A stretch of DNA of 64,000 bases, taken from Candidatus Campbellbacteria bacterium GW2011_OD1_34_28. GTDB lineage: Bacteria > Patescibacteriota > Minisyncoccia > Phycocordibacterales > UBA12079. The DNA is taken from the NCBI GenBank assembly GCA_001029775.1, contig CP011215.1, forward strand, positions 426,303 to 490,302, given 5' to 3'. Positions 13,701 through 19,775 of the stretch are shown in pieces. Each line of letters opens with the position of its first letter. Position 1 is the stretch's first letter. A model generated the notes under the pieces. That model saw only the letters and a program-made list of their open reading frames with translations. It searched no databases and was not told the origin of the DNA. The position numbers and the translations under genes are program-made.

Positions 13701-14624
13701 TCAGAAAGATTTAAAACAAATATAAACGATCTAACATACGGTCTAGACACAGTCCTTCAACTACGCCCTGTATCTTTCAATTGGAAATCAGACTTTATCA
13801 ATTCTTCTTCAACTCAAATCGGATTCATCGCAGAAGAAGTAAACTCTCTTATACCAGAAGTAATCGGACACGATGACAAAGGTACTATCATGAACCTTGA
13901 TTATCCAAAGTTGACTTCGGTTTTGGTAAATGCAGTTAAGGAACTTAATCTAAAAATAGAAAGTATTGCAAGTACAACAAGCCAGTTGATAGCCGACAGC
14001 TCACAACCAACATCTGTTATTGATTCTGTTCTTTCTCATTTAGAAAGTTTGGGTGCTAAGTTTGTTGATGGAATCGCTTATTTAAAAACAGTTTTCGTTG
14101 AAAATCTAACTATTGGTAGTGCGGACAAGCCGACTGGTATGACTTTGTACGACAAAGCAACAGGGGAGCCTTATTGTTTGGAAATTGTTAATGGAGCGAT
14201 GGTAAATACTTCTGGAATTTGTGATACAGCTAATAGCCAGCAGCCAACAGCTGACAGCACGAACTACACCGCACCAGTTATAACAATCACAGGCAACAAC
14301 CCAGCCGTAGTAGAAATAAACAGCAACTATATTGATCTAGGCGCTACAGCAGTAGATAACCAAGGAAACTCTCTAATCGTAGATATAATAGACGCAGATA
14401 CAGTAGACACAACAACAGCCGGAGAATACACAGTTACTTACACAGCATTTGATGGAACACTAACTTCAACAAGTACGAGAACAGTACTTGTTGAAGATCC
14501 GACCCCGTTAGAGACCACGACTGTCTCTGACAGTCTGCCTCTAACGGGGCAAGTAGCTGACAGTCAACAGACAGCGACAACAACAGAGCCGACAACAACG
14601 GAGACGATAGTCGATAGTTTATAG
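4722..14624 (+). CDS. Giant (3300 aa) membrane-anchored fibre/adhesin-like protein: N-terminal HTH-like segment, TM helix, about 25 GNVGIGT repeats, NTAxG..L repeats, peptidase S74-type intramolecular chaperone, C-terminal DUF5011-like Ig domain
   Basis: TM LSTAVLAILLIGAGYF; repeated GNVGIGTTSP; S74-like SSERFKTNINDL..LQLRPVSFNWK..IGFIAEEV..LDYPKLTSVLVNAVKEL; APVITITGNNP..YIDLGATAVD. Confidence 0.85.
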   Translation: MQSEIFLNGKRYLSTKKATKITELDEEHIKDLCREEKIDFTKVEGEYFVELEKLFEYKNKTNKPMILPIRALSTAVLAILLIGAGYFSGDILNQLNKTGEAVFSAVKNTKEITYKVGAEKRDLFKTQILDSNDNSPIKEIKDSKNVKTVDTYTQDFLDYLDGLKNRIVSVTADSLQLIADSTNEDEVEKTVDSRQSIVDSTDGVNILAGQVDHLTSFAKTGVNNLALVVYETASPVEQFAVGWYKFVNNLFSNEADSLQPTADSVDEADSGQLTTNSANEDDSSVFASDSEADRDEISENVPSVPATPKTTTIVTNPIREIIKETVVERVIQTSGVTLEDFQKLNNELRSEIYKLSSATNSQITNTYQVISATNNIDNLGSVTITDSNISSSNVSGTELSFTNGTIQNLTVTGTATSTYGGPISATSGTYSGNLTVTGNTTLNTLTVSGDTIFDTDTLYIDSINNRVGIGSTTPSDTLSVNGATYLAPISAPSITTDRLYNISNDLYWGGNLLAGSAVGNWTSNGTDVWRASGNVGIGTTSPSYKLSVDGFVDASGTTGGYKIDGNTILQASSTNYTTLVGQGAGSSLTSAIRTTAIGYGALASTTSGNNNTAVGYNALNLNSTGILNTAIGSLALSVNTTGDRNTATGALALYSNTTGSYNTGTGAYSLNLNTTGANNSAHGRSAMYSNTTGTYNTADGMQALFSNTTGNNNTASGYSSAYSNSTGGSNVTIGYGASYRNSTGSYNTAIGQDAGFGVAGNSYSNNSFFGYRSGYGITVGSNNLLLGYQAGDNVTTGSNNLVIGYDIDAPSATASNQLNIGNLIYGTNINGTGTTLSSGNIGIGTTSPFAKLSVKGAGTTTGINFQTTNSADTPLVTVLDSGNVGIGTSNPSTDLHVGNSNINNSVDSVILVSRLVDNSGVGSGVNGHAFSDSSTITRSGSIGYNSFDGRTIFSGSNDYNHYAVFQNGTTYSSSGTMGIMYGFVNVPTVTAGTVTSMYGVYTADPVGAGTVTNNYGLFVPQLSKGATKNYAIYTAGTTRSYFGGIINNSAGILIAPNDATTNPAKLFEIQTTSGTEASLRIRQLSQNYWDLKSPAGSTRFDISDVSGTYFSILNGGNTGLGITTPTGKLEIAQAGSDTIASRNHLIFGGSEGTDYFGMGLDATGDLMIDNLNGTDTNVMSLLSSGNVGIGTVSPGAKLDVATAINTGSLTLGVVPYTGTDRYVVLNSNGIALKNSITYGWGSGSTDAGGTKDTQFSRLSAGKISVDTGTVGNSLGTLIAGNVGIGTTSPAAALEVQGNVIFNDRLTMNGDSVGLSANNSNYNTIKSLFRPTSNGLNLTGALVDANFDNNSANLTNAYGLRITNAISGTYTTTNAYGLYVEQPTGATNNYGAYINGNVGIGTTTPFRKLSVEGSVWISGDLTANSITATSSISAPYFTATDTTATSTFAGGLTVGTNKLVVDRSTGNVGIGTTASDRALHISTNSTNYQLRLERTGTTAGASTLYANSSFALGITAGSGTGTGVFTLGQTGGLSLGTYYGTNPGAGSLILPGNVGIGTTTPFRKLSVEGGAWISGDLTVSNITATSSVYLSNTTYADQSGIIYKGANSFIHNFNYGNNGTVTTLGQNTFVGELAGNFTMGSTATETYHASRNTAIGYQSLLANTTGYYNTANGYQTLRLNTTGGYNTANGLQSLYSNTTGNYNTTNGANSLYLNTTGSSNVADGHSAGTYITDGVTANTTGDYNIFIGRDTKALADNDQNEIVIGYNATGVGSNSVVLGNDSITKTILKGNVGIGTTSPFAKLSVTGAGTGTGLAFQVANSANSPKFTVLDSGNVGIGTMGPEGLLHIHSTSAGDVVAHASYNDFVIEGGSTVGMNILSADVGLSGLGFGTPSDNLGSYLQWDFTNNLMSVGTARTGGNLRLVTGNNVEQIRIQSNGNVGIGTTTPSANLDIYSNVDSNSRLNIDLGAASSNIGINLISSSISSGSYWIKTTGNDNEDSFVVRGDGAVGIGTTTPSAKLDIYQGNLNLDNTTFANQFGVISKGGTRFIHNFNYGNNGTVTTVGYNTFIGENAGNLTMGSTATSASHASYNTGVGYQSLQANTTGYFNTAIGNQSLLLNTTGYHNTAIGNQSLRGNTTGSSNTANGYQSLYSNTTGGFNAAIGYQSLRSNTTGGYNIAFGYNAGRYITDGVTENTTGDYNIFIGQDTKALADDDQNEIVIGYNATGVGSNSVVLGADTITKTILKGNVGIGTTSPFAKLSVTGTGTGTGLAFQVADSANSPKFTVLDNGNVGIGTTAPSQILHTFRNDSNTTNSIEIEQDGSGDSSLRFLLTGVTGWTMGVDNSDSDKFKIGNAQSFSTSFLNIDGAGNVGIGTANPGAELEIQADANTGGAPQYSQFWISGKTVNTKRFYIGMDTSTNKGILSAETGAGVYAPIVINPYGGNVGIGTTTPGAKLDINGNMRTSIGSGGFLTLHETDATRQNQLSLGADASGAYLASTYATGGVADIRFSLAGTERVRIQQGGNVGIGTTSPFAKLSVKGAGTTTGVNFQTTNSADTPLVTVLDSGKVGIGTTNPGTLLQLNIDGIANTPKEVLRVFNGLAYGVGNGYGEAQIGIGHAVSGGYVGGGATSETSSTNGYLSLGNRVSNVMTEVVRITDGNVGIGTTSPGAKLVVVGNGTASVAIGGGAYTDYSSISLNGSLASGQYNLLSGYADKTLYINRPAGADILFRENNGTAQMVIKQTTGNIGIGTTSPFAKLSIKGAGTTTGVNFQTTNSADTPLVTVLDSGNVGIGTVSPGAMLTIVGTPAGGSTNVGLNIYDNTGNGVGIWTSNAVGKIGTPNAVDVAFMANNSEKMRILQSNGNVGIGTTSPGSLLHLYQNTVGVGTGNGLMIEQDGAGDALMQFLLTGTARWQMGVDNSDSRTFKIGVGSDWATNIGLAITTTGNVGIGSTAPNYKLTVNGTVAFQSLANNGTGYYVCANAGTGELATSTTACGASSERFKTNINDLTYGLDTVLQLRPVSFNWKSDFINSSSTQIGFIAEEVNSLIPEVIGHDDKGTIMNLDYPKLTSVLVNAVKELNLKIESIASTTSQLIADSSQPTSVIDSVLSHLESLGAKFVDGIAYLKTVFVENLTIGSADKPTGMTLYDKATGEPYCLEIVNGAMVNTSGICDTANSQQPTADSTNYTAPVITITGNNPAVVEINSNYIDLGATAVDNQGNSLIVDIIDADTVDTTTAGEYTVTYTAFDGTLTSTSTRTVLVEDPTPLETTTVSDSLPLTGQVADSQQTATTTEPTTTETIVDSL

Positions 14625-14659
14625 TCAATAGTAACGAAGACAAATGAACGACGTGGATT

Positions 14660-14702
14660 CCTGCCTGCCGTGTCGTTGCTTTTCTTTCAGAAAAGAGGCA
14701 GG
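14660..14702. repeat. Interrupted copy of the 20-bp palindrome CCTGCCTGCCGGCAGGCAGG
   Basis: cctgcctgccg-[tgtcgttgcttttctttcagaaaaga]-ggcagg. Confidence 0.55.
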
Positions 14703-14722
14703 TTTGGATATAATTTGTATTA

Positions 14723-14742
14723 CCTGTCTGTCGGCAGGCAGG
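14723..14742. repeat. 20-bp palindromic mini-element (variant)
   Basis: cctgtctgtcggcaggcagg, 2 mismatches to the 19130 copy. Confidence 0.8.
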
Positions 14743-14767
14743 TTCGGATTATCTTTATAAAGAAAAT

Positions 14768-14799
14768 AAAAAAAGCGGAGACGAGAGTCTCCACTTTTT
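14768..14799 (-). terminator. Terminator hairpin downstream of the 14820-15029 gene
   Basis: aaaaaaagcggagac-gaga-gtctccactttt. Confidence 0.7.
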
Positions 14800-14819
14800 G
14801 CTGCCCGATGTGGCAGATG

Positions 14820-15029
14820 TTATTTTTTGGCCTTTTCGTTCATCATGGCAATGAATCTGGTCAGATCGAAACGGCTACAGTCGAGCTTTTCGCCGTTCTC
14901 GGAATTCATGATGGTCAATCCGCCATCAGGATTTTCTGCGATGCCAAGACAACAGTCTTTGCTACCGCAGGCGAACTCAAACTTCTTTCCGCCGATTACT
15001 TCTTTTCGTGTTTTCATGTTTTCGGGCAT
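14820..15029 (-). CDS. Small orphan protein (69 aa, MPENMKTRKEVIGG...), Cys-containing; stand-alone unit
   Basis: SD GGAGG 6 nt before ATG at 15029; own promoter and terminator; start re-called from the ORF track's 15071. Confidence 0.7.
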   Translation of the reverse strand: MPENMKTRKEVIGGKKFEFACGSKDCCLGIAENPDGGLTIMNSENGEKLDCSRFDLTRFIAMMNEKAKK

Positions 15030-15081
15030 AACACACCTCCACTGGTTGAATTGGGCTGAAATGATGTACAAAACTTCCGCC

Positions 15082-15111
15082 AGTATAATACAACAAACAT
15101 AGAATTGTCAA
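15082..15111 (-). promoter_or_regulatory. sigma70 promoter TTGACA-18-TATACT
   Basis: Reverse complement ttgaca attctatgtttgttgtat tatact. Confidence 0.75.
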
Positions 15112-15120
15112 TCCCACTCA

Positions 15121-15171
15121 CAAAAAAACAAAAACCCCAGTAGCCTTGCTACTGGGGTTTTTGTTTTTTTG
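15121..15171 (-). terminator. Terminator of the sortase gene (bidirectional type)
   Basis: caaaaaaacaaaaaccccagtagc-ctt-gctactggggtttttgtttttttg. Confidence 0.85.
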
Positions 15172-15173
15172 GA

Positions 15174-16571
15174 TTATCCGTTTTTAATGATAGTTATAAA
15201 TTTCTTTATAATATTATTATCTCTTGTTTTTTCGTTGATGCTTCCTGCGGGATTAACATTTACGATTATTGCCATATCTGTTCCTGCTTTTGCTCTATCA
15301 AAGCCGAGCATATATTCTATTCTTTCTCCGGGTCTGATCATTCCTTGAGTGTTTGAGTGATAAATATATATAGGATCGGTAGGGAGAACGATATTAAATG
15401 TCCATCCGTCAGCTGTCTTTGTTCCAATGTTTGAAATAATAAATCTAAACGCAACTTTGCTAGATGTATTTGGAGTAGATGAAGCCACAAATTTGTTTGT
15501 GTTCGGATCAATTATTCCTACTTCAATTATTTCTGCTGTTAAGTCTGCCTGACCATATGGGTTTGAAACACCAATTGTTGAACCACCGCTAATAGGAATT
15601 ATTTGAGTTGTTGTTTGTCCTGGATTAAGAATTGTTGTTGTGTTTCCTGTGTTTGTATTACTGTTTGTATTATTTGTGTTTGTTGTGTTGCCTGAGATAG
15701 TATCACTGTCAGAATTGTCTACTATTCCTGATATTGGATAGCTTGTTACAAAGTCAGCCTCTACTATATGTCTGTCTTCTTTTGCTCCCAATGTATTACA
15801 TGTTGAGATTGTAAGAGTTCTTTTTCCTGTATTAAATTTAACCACAGCGTCGCTATCTCTTTCTGTTCTTACAGAAGTTACCTTGTAAAGGTGTTCCTTG
15901 TTTTCAGAACGAACTTTAATAGTATCTCCGACTTCAAGTTTTTCAAGATTGTTCAATGCTTTATAGGCTTGATTTCTCACTACTTGATAGCTGGTGCTAT
16001 GTCCAAAAAGATAAATGTTGTCTTCTTGCCCCAAAAGTCCTGATTTTGGATATCTAACAACTCCGTATTTCAAAGCCTCATCTAGTGCTGACAAATCGGA
16101 TGAAGTAGGATTAAGCACAGCTGAATCAACATTTATTTTATCGATAACAATTCTAATAGGATTAGCTACTTCTTCTGTAACATCTACAATTCCTCCTTCA
16201 GGAATTCTTTTGCTATAGAAAAGTTCTGCTACAGCCGATAGGTTTTCTGAAATAAAGTTTGCACTGCTACTAATTACTGAACCAAAAAATGTTCCAACCT
16301 TTGATAGAGAAGGGAAGTAAGTAGGAAATTTTTCTGCTCCTTCTCCTGCAACTTCAGTTGTGTTTTTTACATTGTTTACAATCCTTGGTGCAGCAACAAC
16401 TAAAATAATTAACACGATCAATACTTTCAATGCAGTCTTAAAACCTTTTTTAGGCACTTTGAAAGAGACATCGTAGTTGTCATCTCGTCTTCTCAACTCA
16501 CCTTCGTAAGGCAAATTGTCAGGTGCTCCTGAATCGTTATCGTTTATTCTTTTGTTTAGTGGATTCATCAT
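15174..16571 (-). CDS. Sortase family protein with N-terminal TM, Asn/Thr-rich linker and C-terminal CARDB/Ig-like domain
   Basis: Catalytic LFGHS (His), TISTC (Cys), EDRHIV (Arg); RIVIDKINVD; C-terminal ADL..FRFIISNIGTKTADGWTF..EKTRDNN. Confidence 0.85.
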   Translation of the reverse strand: MMNPLNKRINDNDSGAPDNLPYEGELRRRDDNYDVSFKVPKKGFKTALKVLIVLIILVVAAPRIVNNVKNTTEVAGEGAEKFPTYFPSLSKVGTFFGSVISSSANFISENLSAVAELFYSKRIPEGGIVDVTEEVANPIRIVIDKINVDSAVLNPTSSDLSALDEALKYGVVRYPKSGLLGQEDNIYLFGHSTSYQVVRNQAYKALNNLEKLEVGDTIKVRSENKEHLYKVTSVRTERDSDAVVKFNTGKRTLTISTCNTLGAKEDRHIVEADFVTSYPISGIVDNSDSDTISGNTTNTNNTNSNTNTGNTTTILNPGQTTTQIIPISGGSTIGVSNPYGQADLTAEIIEVGIIDPNTNKFVASSTPNTSSKVAFRFIISNIGTKTADGWTFNIVLPTDPIYIYHSNTQGMIRPGERIEYMLGFDRAKAGTDMAIIVNVNPAGSINEKTRDNNIIKKFITIIKNG

Positions 16572-16697
16572 AATAATTTTGACAATTTAATAATTTTTGA
16601 CAACTTTGATAAATAATTGTTTATTAATGTATCCTACCATCGGTAAAAATTCTTGTCAAGACTTTTAAAACAGACATAAAATATTTTCATAAACCCC

Positions 16698-16726
16698 TTG
16701 ACACATCTTTTTCTTTGTACTAGTAT
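16698..16726 (+). promoter_or_regulatory. sigma70 promoter TTGACA-17-TAGTAT, 6 nt before the ATG (leaderless)
   Basis: ttgaca catctttttctttgtac tagtat gggttt ATG. Confidence 0.75.
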
Positions 16727-16732
16727 GGGTTT

Positions 16733-19024
16733 ATGACAAAGAATATAACAAAAAGCTTAATAATATTTCTGGCAATTTTTTCCGCGTTTTCTTTTGGTTT
16801 GATTCCAGTAGATATTCAAGCTGCTACTACTCAAATAAATTTTAATGATGAGATTATGTTTGCTCCGAACTGTTTTTGCGGAGCTGATGTAACAGCATAC
16901 AATCTTTACCCCTGTGAAGATCGTAATTGGTGTAACGGTGATACCTCAATAAAGACAGCCAATGTTTCTAATGGAAAATACAAAGTAAAAGTAAATATAG
17001 CTAAATTAACTGATGGACAAAGATTTGAATCGGTGATTTTTACATTTAATGGAGTAAATTATACTATTCCCGATCTTGGAGGAAATGCAGACTCGACTGG
17101 TACGGGGGTATATGAAGTTGGAACATTTAATTTGTCAGGACCAGTTAGTTTTAAAGGAACTCACAAATATGCCAATACTTTTACAGGTCTTTGGTACTCA
17201 GATCCTTATTCAAAAGTAGGTTCTGGTCACGCAATGGAAAGTGTTTCTATTGCCTCTGTTGTTCTTGAAGAAATTGTTACCCCACCTACTTGTACAATGA
17301 GTGCGGTTCCTTCAACAATAACTGCTGGAAATACATCAAATTTGAGATGGACTTCTACAAACGCAACTAGCGCTGTTATCAATCAAGGAATTGGAAATGT
17401 AGCCGTTAATGGAAATAGAAATGTTTCTCCATTCCAAACAACGACTTACACAGGAACATTTACGGGCCCTGGTGGAACAGTAAATTGTCAAACAACCGTG
17501 ACTGTTACAATACCCCAAATGCCTACTTGTACAATGACAGTTAATCCTGCAAATATTACAACTGGACAAAGTGCAACTTTGAGTTGGACTTCTGTAAACG
17601 CAACTAGCGCTGTTATCAATCAAGGAATTGGAAATGTAGCCGTTAATGGAAGCAGATCTGTTTCACCAACTCAAACAACAACTTATACGGGAACATTTAC
17701 TGGTGCTGGTGGAGTAGTAACTTGTCAAAAAACTTTGACTGTTAACAATGTTCCACCACCTCAATTGCCGACTTGTGCAATGAGTGCTGTTCCTCAAACA
17801 ATCTCTGTTGGAGACACATCAAATTTGAGATGGACATCTACAGGCGCAACCAGTGCTGTTATAAACCAAGGAATTGGCACAGTAGCAGTTGATGGAAATA
17901 GAAATGTTTCACCTACTCAAACCACAACATATACAGGAACCTTTACAGGTTCTGGAGGAAGCGTAGTTTGCCAGACAACAATTATTGTTACATCTACACA
18001 CCCTGCGCCAACTTGTACAATGACAGTTACACCAGACAGTATTGTTAACGGAGGAAATGCTACTCTAGCTTGGAATTCTACAAATGCTACATCTGCTTCT
18101 ATAAATCAAGGTATCGGAACTGTGGCTGTTGATGGAAGTCGTGTTGTTTCTCCAAATCAGACCACAACATATACAGGAACATTTACAGGTTCTGGAGGTG
18201 TTGTTACTTGTAGTGCTATGTTGACTGTTTCTGGAACAGGAGGTCCTTCTATAAATATAACAAAAAATGACAATGACAATGGTGATGATACTCAGGCCGT
18301 TGTGTCTGGGGGGACAGCAACCTTTACAGTCGTTGTGACAAATAATGGAACAAGAGATCTTATTGACGTTGTTGTAACAGATGCTTTGGCACCAAATTGT
18401 AACAGAACAGAAAGTCAAACAGCAGGTCTTTATCCGGGGTTAGTATTTGATCCAGGAGAAAGTTTTACTTATACATGTACTGACACAGATATTACATCAG
18501 CTTATACAAATACAATTAGAGTTGATGCTGATGAAATTGGAACATTTTCTATTGTTAATGACACAGATACCAGCAATGTTACCATAACTGGTTCAGGAAA
18601 TACTCCTACATGTTCTATGAGTTTTACACCAAGTAGCATAAATGTTGGAGACAGATCAACTCTTGCTTGGAATTCAACAAATGTTACTACGGCTGTTATT
18701 GATAACGGTGTAGGTAACGTCAATCCAAATGGTTCAACAGATATATTTAGAACATCGTCTGCAACATATACAGGAACATTTACAGGCCCAGGTGGAGTAG
18801 TGACTTGTCAGGCAAACATAACTGTTGGTGGTGGGGGAGGTGGAGGAACAAATACTCCGCGTATCACGCTATCTTCTGGTTCTGGAGTAACTGAACCCGG
18901 ATTCATTTATTTGAGCCAGATTCCTTATACAGGTATTCCTCAGTTCTTGATGACAATGATGGGATTTGTATTTAGATTCGCGTTCTTTGGAGGATTACTG
19001 TTTGCCTTATACAAAATTAAATAA
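16733..19024 (+). CDS. Secreted surface protein with five PTC-x-M Ig/PKD-like repeats, a DUF11-like domain and a C-terminal IPYTG sorting signal (probable sortase substrate)
   Basis: Signal peptide; repeats PTCTMS..LRWTSTNATSAVINQGIG..TTTYTGTFTG; C-terminus LSQIPYTG + hydrophobic helix + KIK. Confidence 0.8.
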   Translation: MTKNITKSLIIFLAIFSAFSFGLIPVDIQAATTQINFNDEIMFAPNCFCGADVTAYNLYPCEDRNWCNGDTSIKTANVSNGKYKVKVNIAKLTDGQRFESVIFTFNGVNYTIPDLGGNADSTGTGVYEVGTFNLSGPVSFKGTHKYANTFTGLWYSDPYSKVGSGHAMESVSIASVVLEEIVTPPTCTMSAVPSTITAGNTSNLRWTSTNATSAVINQGIGNVAVNGNRNVSPFQTTTYTGTFTGPGGTVNCQTTVTVTIPQMPTCTMTVNPANITTGQSATLSWTSVNATSAVINQGIGNVAVNGSRSVSPTQTTTYTGTFTGAGGVVTCQKTLTVNNVPPPQLPTCAMSAVPQTISVGDTSNLRWTSTGATSAVINQGIGTVAVDGNRNVSPTQTTTYTGTFTGSGGSVVCQTTIIVTSTHPAPTCTMTVTPDSIVNGGNATLAWNSTNATSASINQGIGTVAVDGSRVVSPNQTTTYTGTFTGSGGVVTCSAMLTVSGTGGPSINITKNDNDNGDDTQAVVSGGTATFTVVVTNNGTRDLIDVVVTDALAPNCNRTESQTAGLYPGLVFDPGESFTYTCTDTDITSAYTNTIRVDADEIGTFSIVNDTDTSNVTITGSGNTPTCSMSFTPSSINVGDRSTLAWNSTNVTTAVIDNGVGNVNPNGSTDIFRTSSATYTGTFTGPGGVVTCQANITVGGGGGGGTNTPRITLSSGSGVTEPGFIYLSQIPYTGIPQFLMTMMGFVFRFAFFGGLLFALYKIK

Positions 19025-19182
19025 AATTTAAACAACCTTAAATTTGACGAATTTCTTCGTCAGCCTCAAGAAAAAGTCCTTCGTCGTATGTGACATACGC
19101 CTCAGGGCTTTTTCTTTTGCTTCCTCGAACCTGCCTGCCGGCAGGCAGGCTTCATTCAAATTTTAGGTTGTTTTGAAATTTT
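19023..19182. repeat. Long REP-like palindromic rod element, copy A, containing a nested 20-bp palindrome at 19130-19149
   Basis: Arms aacaaccttaaatttga / tcaaattttaggttgtt; internal cttcgtc..cctcg and cgtatg..catacg shared with the other copies. Confidence 0.75.
19130..19149. repeat. 20-bp perfect palindrome CCTGCCTGCCGGCAGGCAGG
   Basis: Absent at the homologous site of the 56822 element (gaa|cttca). Confidence 0.85.
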
Positions 19183-19226
19183 CGAGCTTTAATTTTGAAG
19201 ATTAAAAAAAGATATTTTTGAAATAA

Positions 19227-19257
19227 GAAAAGCCCCAACCGAAGTTGGGGCTTTTTC
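19227..19257. terminator. Bidirectional terminator
   Basis: aaaagccccaac-cgaa-gttggggcttttt. Confidence 0.8.
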
Positions 19258-19280
19258 GGATTGACCGCGGAGTCGTGCGG

Positions 19281-19625
19281 TTATCCGAGGACCGTGTAGG
19301 CGTCGATGTCGACGTTATTGGTCGAGAGAAAGTCCATGTAGTTCTGCGACAGAACGCCGGCTGCGAGGACGATGCTATCGGCCGAGCTCAGGCCGGCCGC
19401 ACACTTGTCCGGGTTGGCCGAGTTGAACGGGACCTGCTTGATCTTTCCATTGACGTTGATCAGGGCGATACCGGGCGATTTGACGTCGAGCTTGTCGCTG
19501 TGGAACACGATGGCTTTGGCCTTCGGGTTGTCCATGATACTGACCGTCTCCAGGGTTGCCGTGATTCCGAGCGCCACGATTGCCGTCATCACATTCAGGG
19601 GTTTGATCGTTTTCTTGCTGTCCAT
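19281..19625 (-). CDS. GC-rich orphan protein (114 aa, MDSKKTIKPLNVMTAIVALG...); stand-alone unit
   Basis: SD GGAGG 8 nt before ATG at 19625; sample line 19321-19380 is 34/60 GC; own promoter and terminator. Confidence 0.75.
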   Translation of the reverse strand: MDSKKTIKPLNVMTAIVALGITATLETVSIMDNPKAKAIVFHSDKLDVKSPGIALINVNGKIKQVPFNSANPDKCAAGLSSADSIVLAAGVLSQNYMDFLSTNNVDIDAYTVLG

Positions 19626-19700
19626 TGGCGTTTCCTCCGTAAAAAAAAGGGCTGTTTGCACTGAGAATCAAGATGACTCAAAGCACGTTGACTGACAAAC

Positions 19701-19728
19701 ATATTAACAGACTAAAAAATATTGTCAA
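19701..19728 (-). promoter_or_regulatory. sigma70 promoter TTGACA-16-(TGn)TAATAT
   Basis: Reverse complement ttgaca atattttttagtctgt taatat. Confidence 0.65.
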
Positions 19729-19740
19729 TCCCAACACTAA

Positions 19741-19771
19741 AAAAATACAGGGACTCGGTCCCTGTATTTTT
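19741..19771 (-). terminator. Terminator of thrS
   Basis: aaaaatacagggac-tcg-gtccctgtattttt. Confidence 0.85.
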
Positions 19772-19775
19772 GGTT

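Noticed and set aside
4722-14624. Prophage, suggested by the tail-fibre S74 domain and the baseplate-J-like gene at 30952
   Set aside because: No integrase, terminase, capsid or other phage genes; both proteins have TM anchors and housekeeping neighbours.
14670-15102. Plus-strand ORFs 14670-15059 and 14827-15102
   Set aside because: Shadows of the minus-strand gene, which has the SD, promoter and terminator; the first starts inside a repeat.
16496-16520. LPYEG near the sortase N-terminus as a self-sorting signal
   Set aside because: No Thr, and it lies before the N-terminal TM on the cytoplasmic side, which is the wrong topology.
19245-19695. Overlapping ORFs 19245-19664(+), 19372-19695(+) and 19375-19671(-)
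   Set aside because: Open frames expected in GC-rich DNA; only 19281-19625(-) has expression signals.
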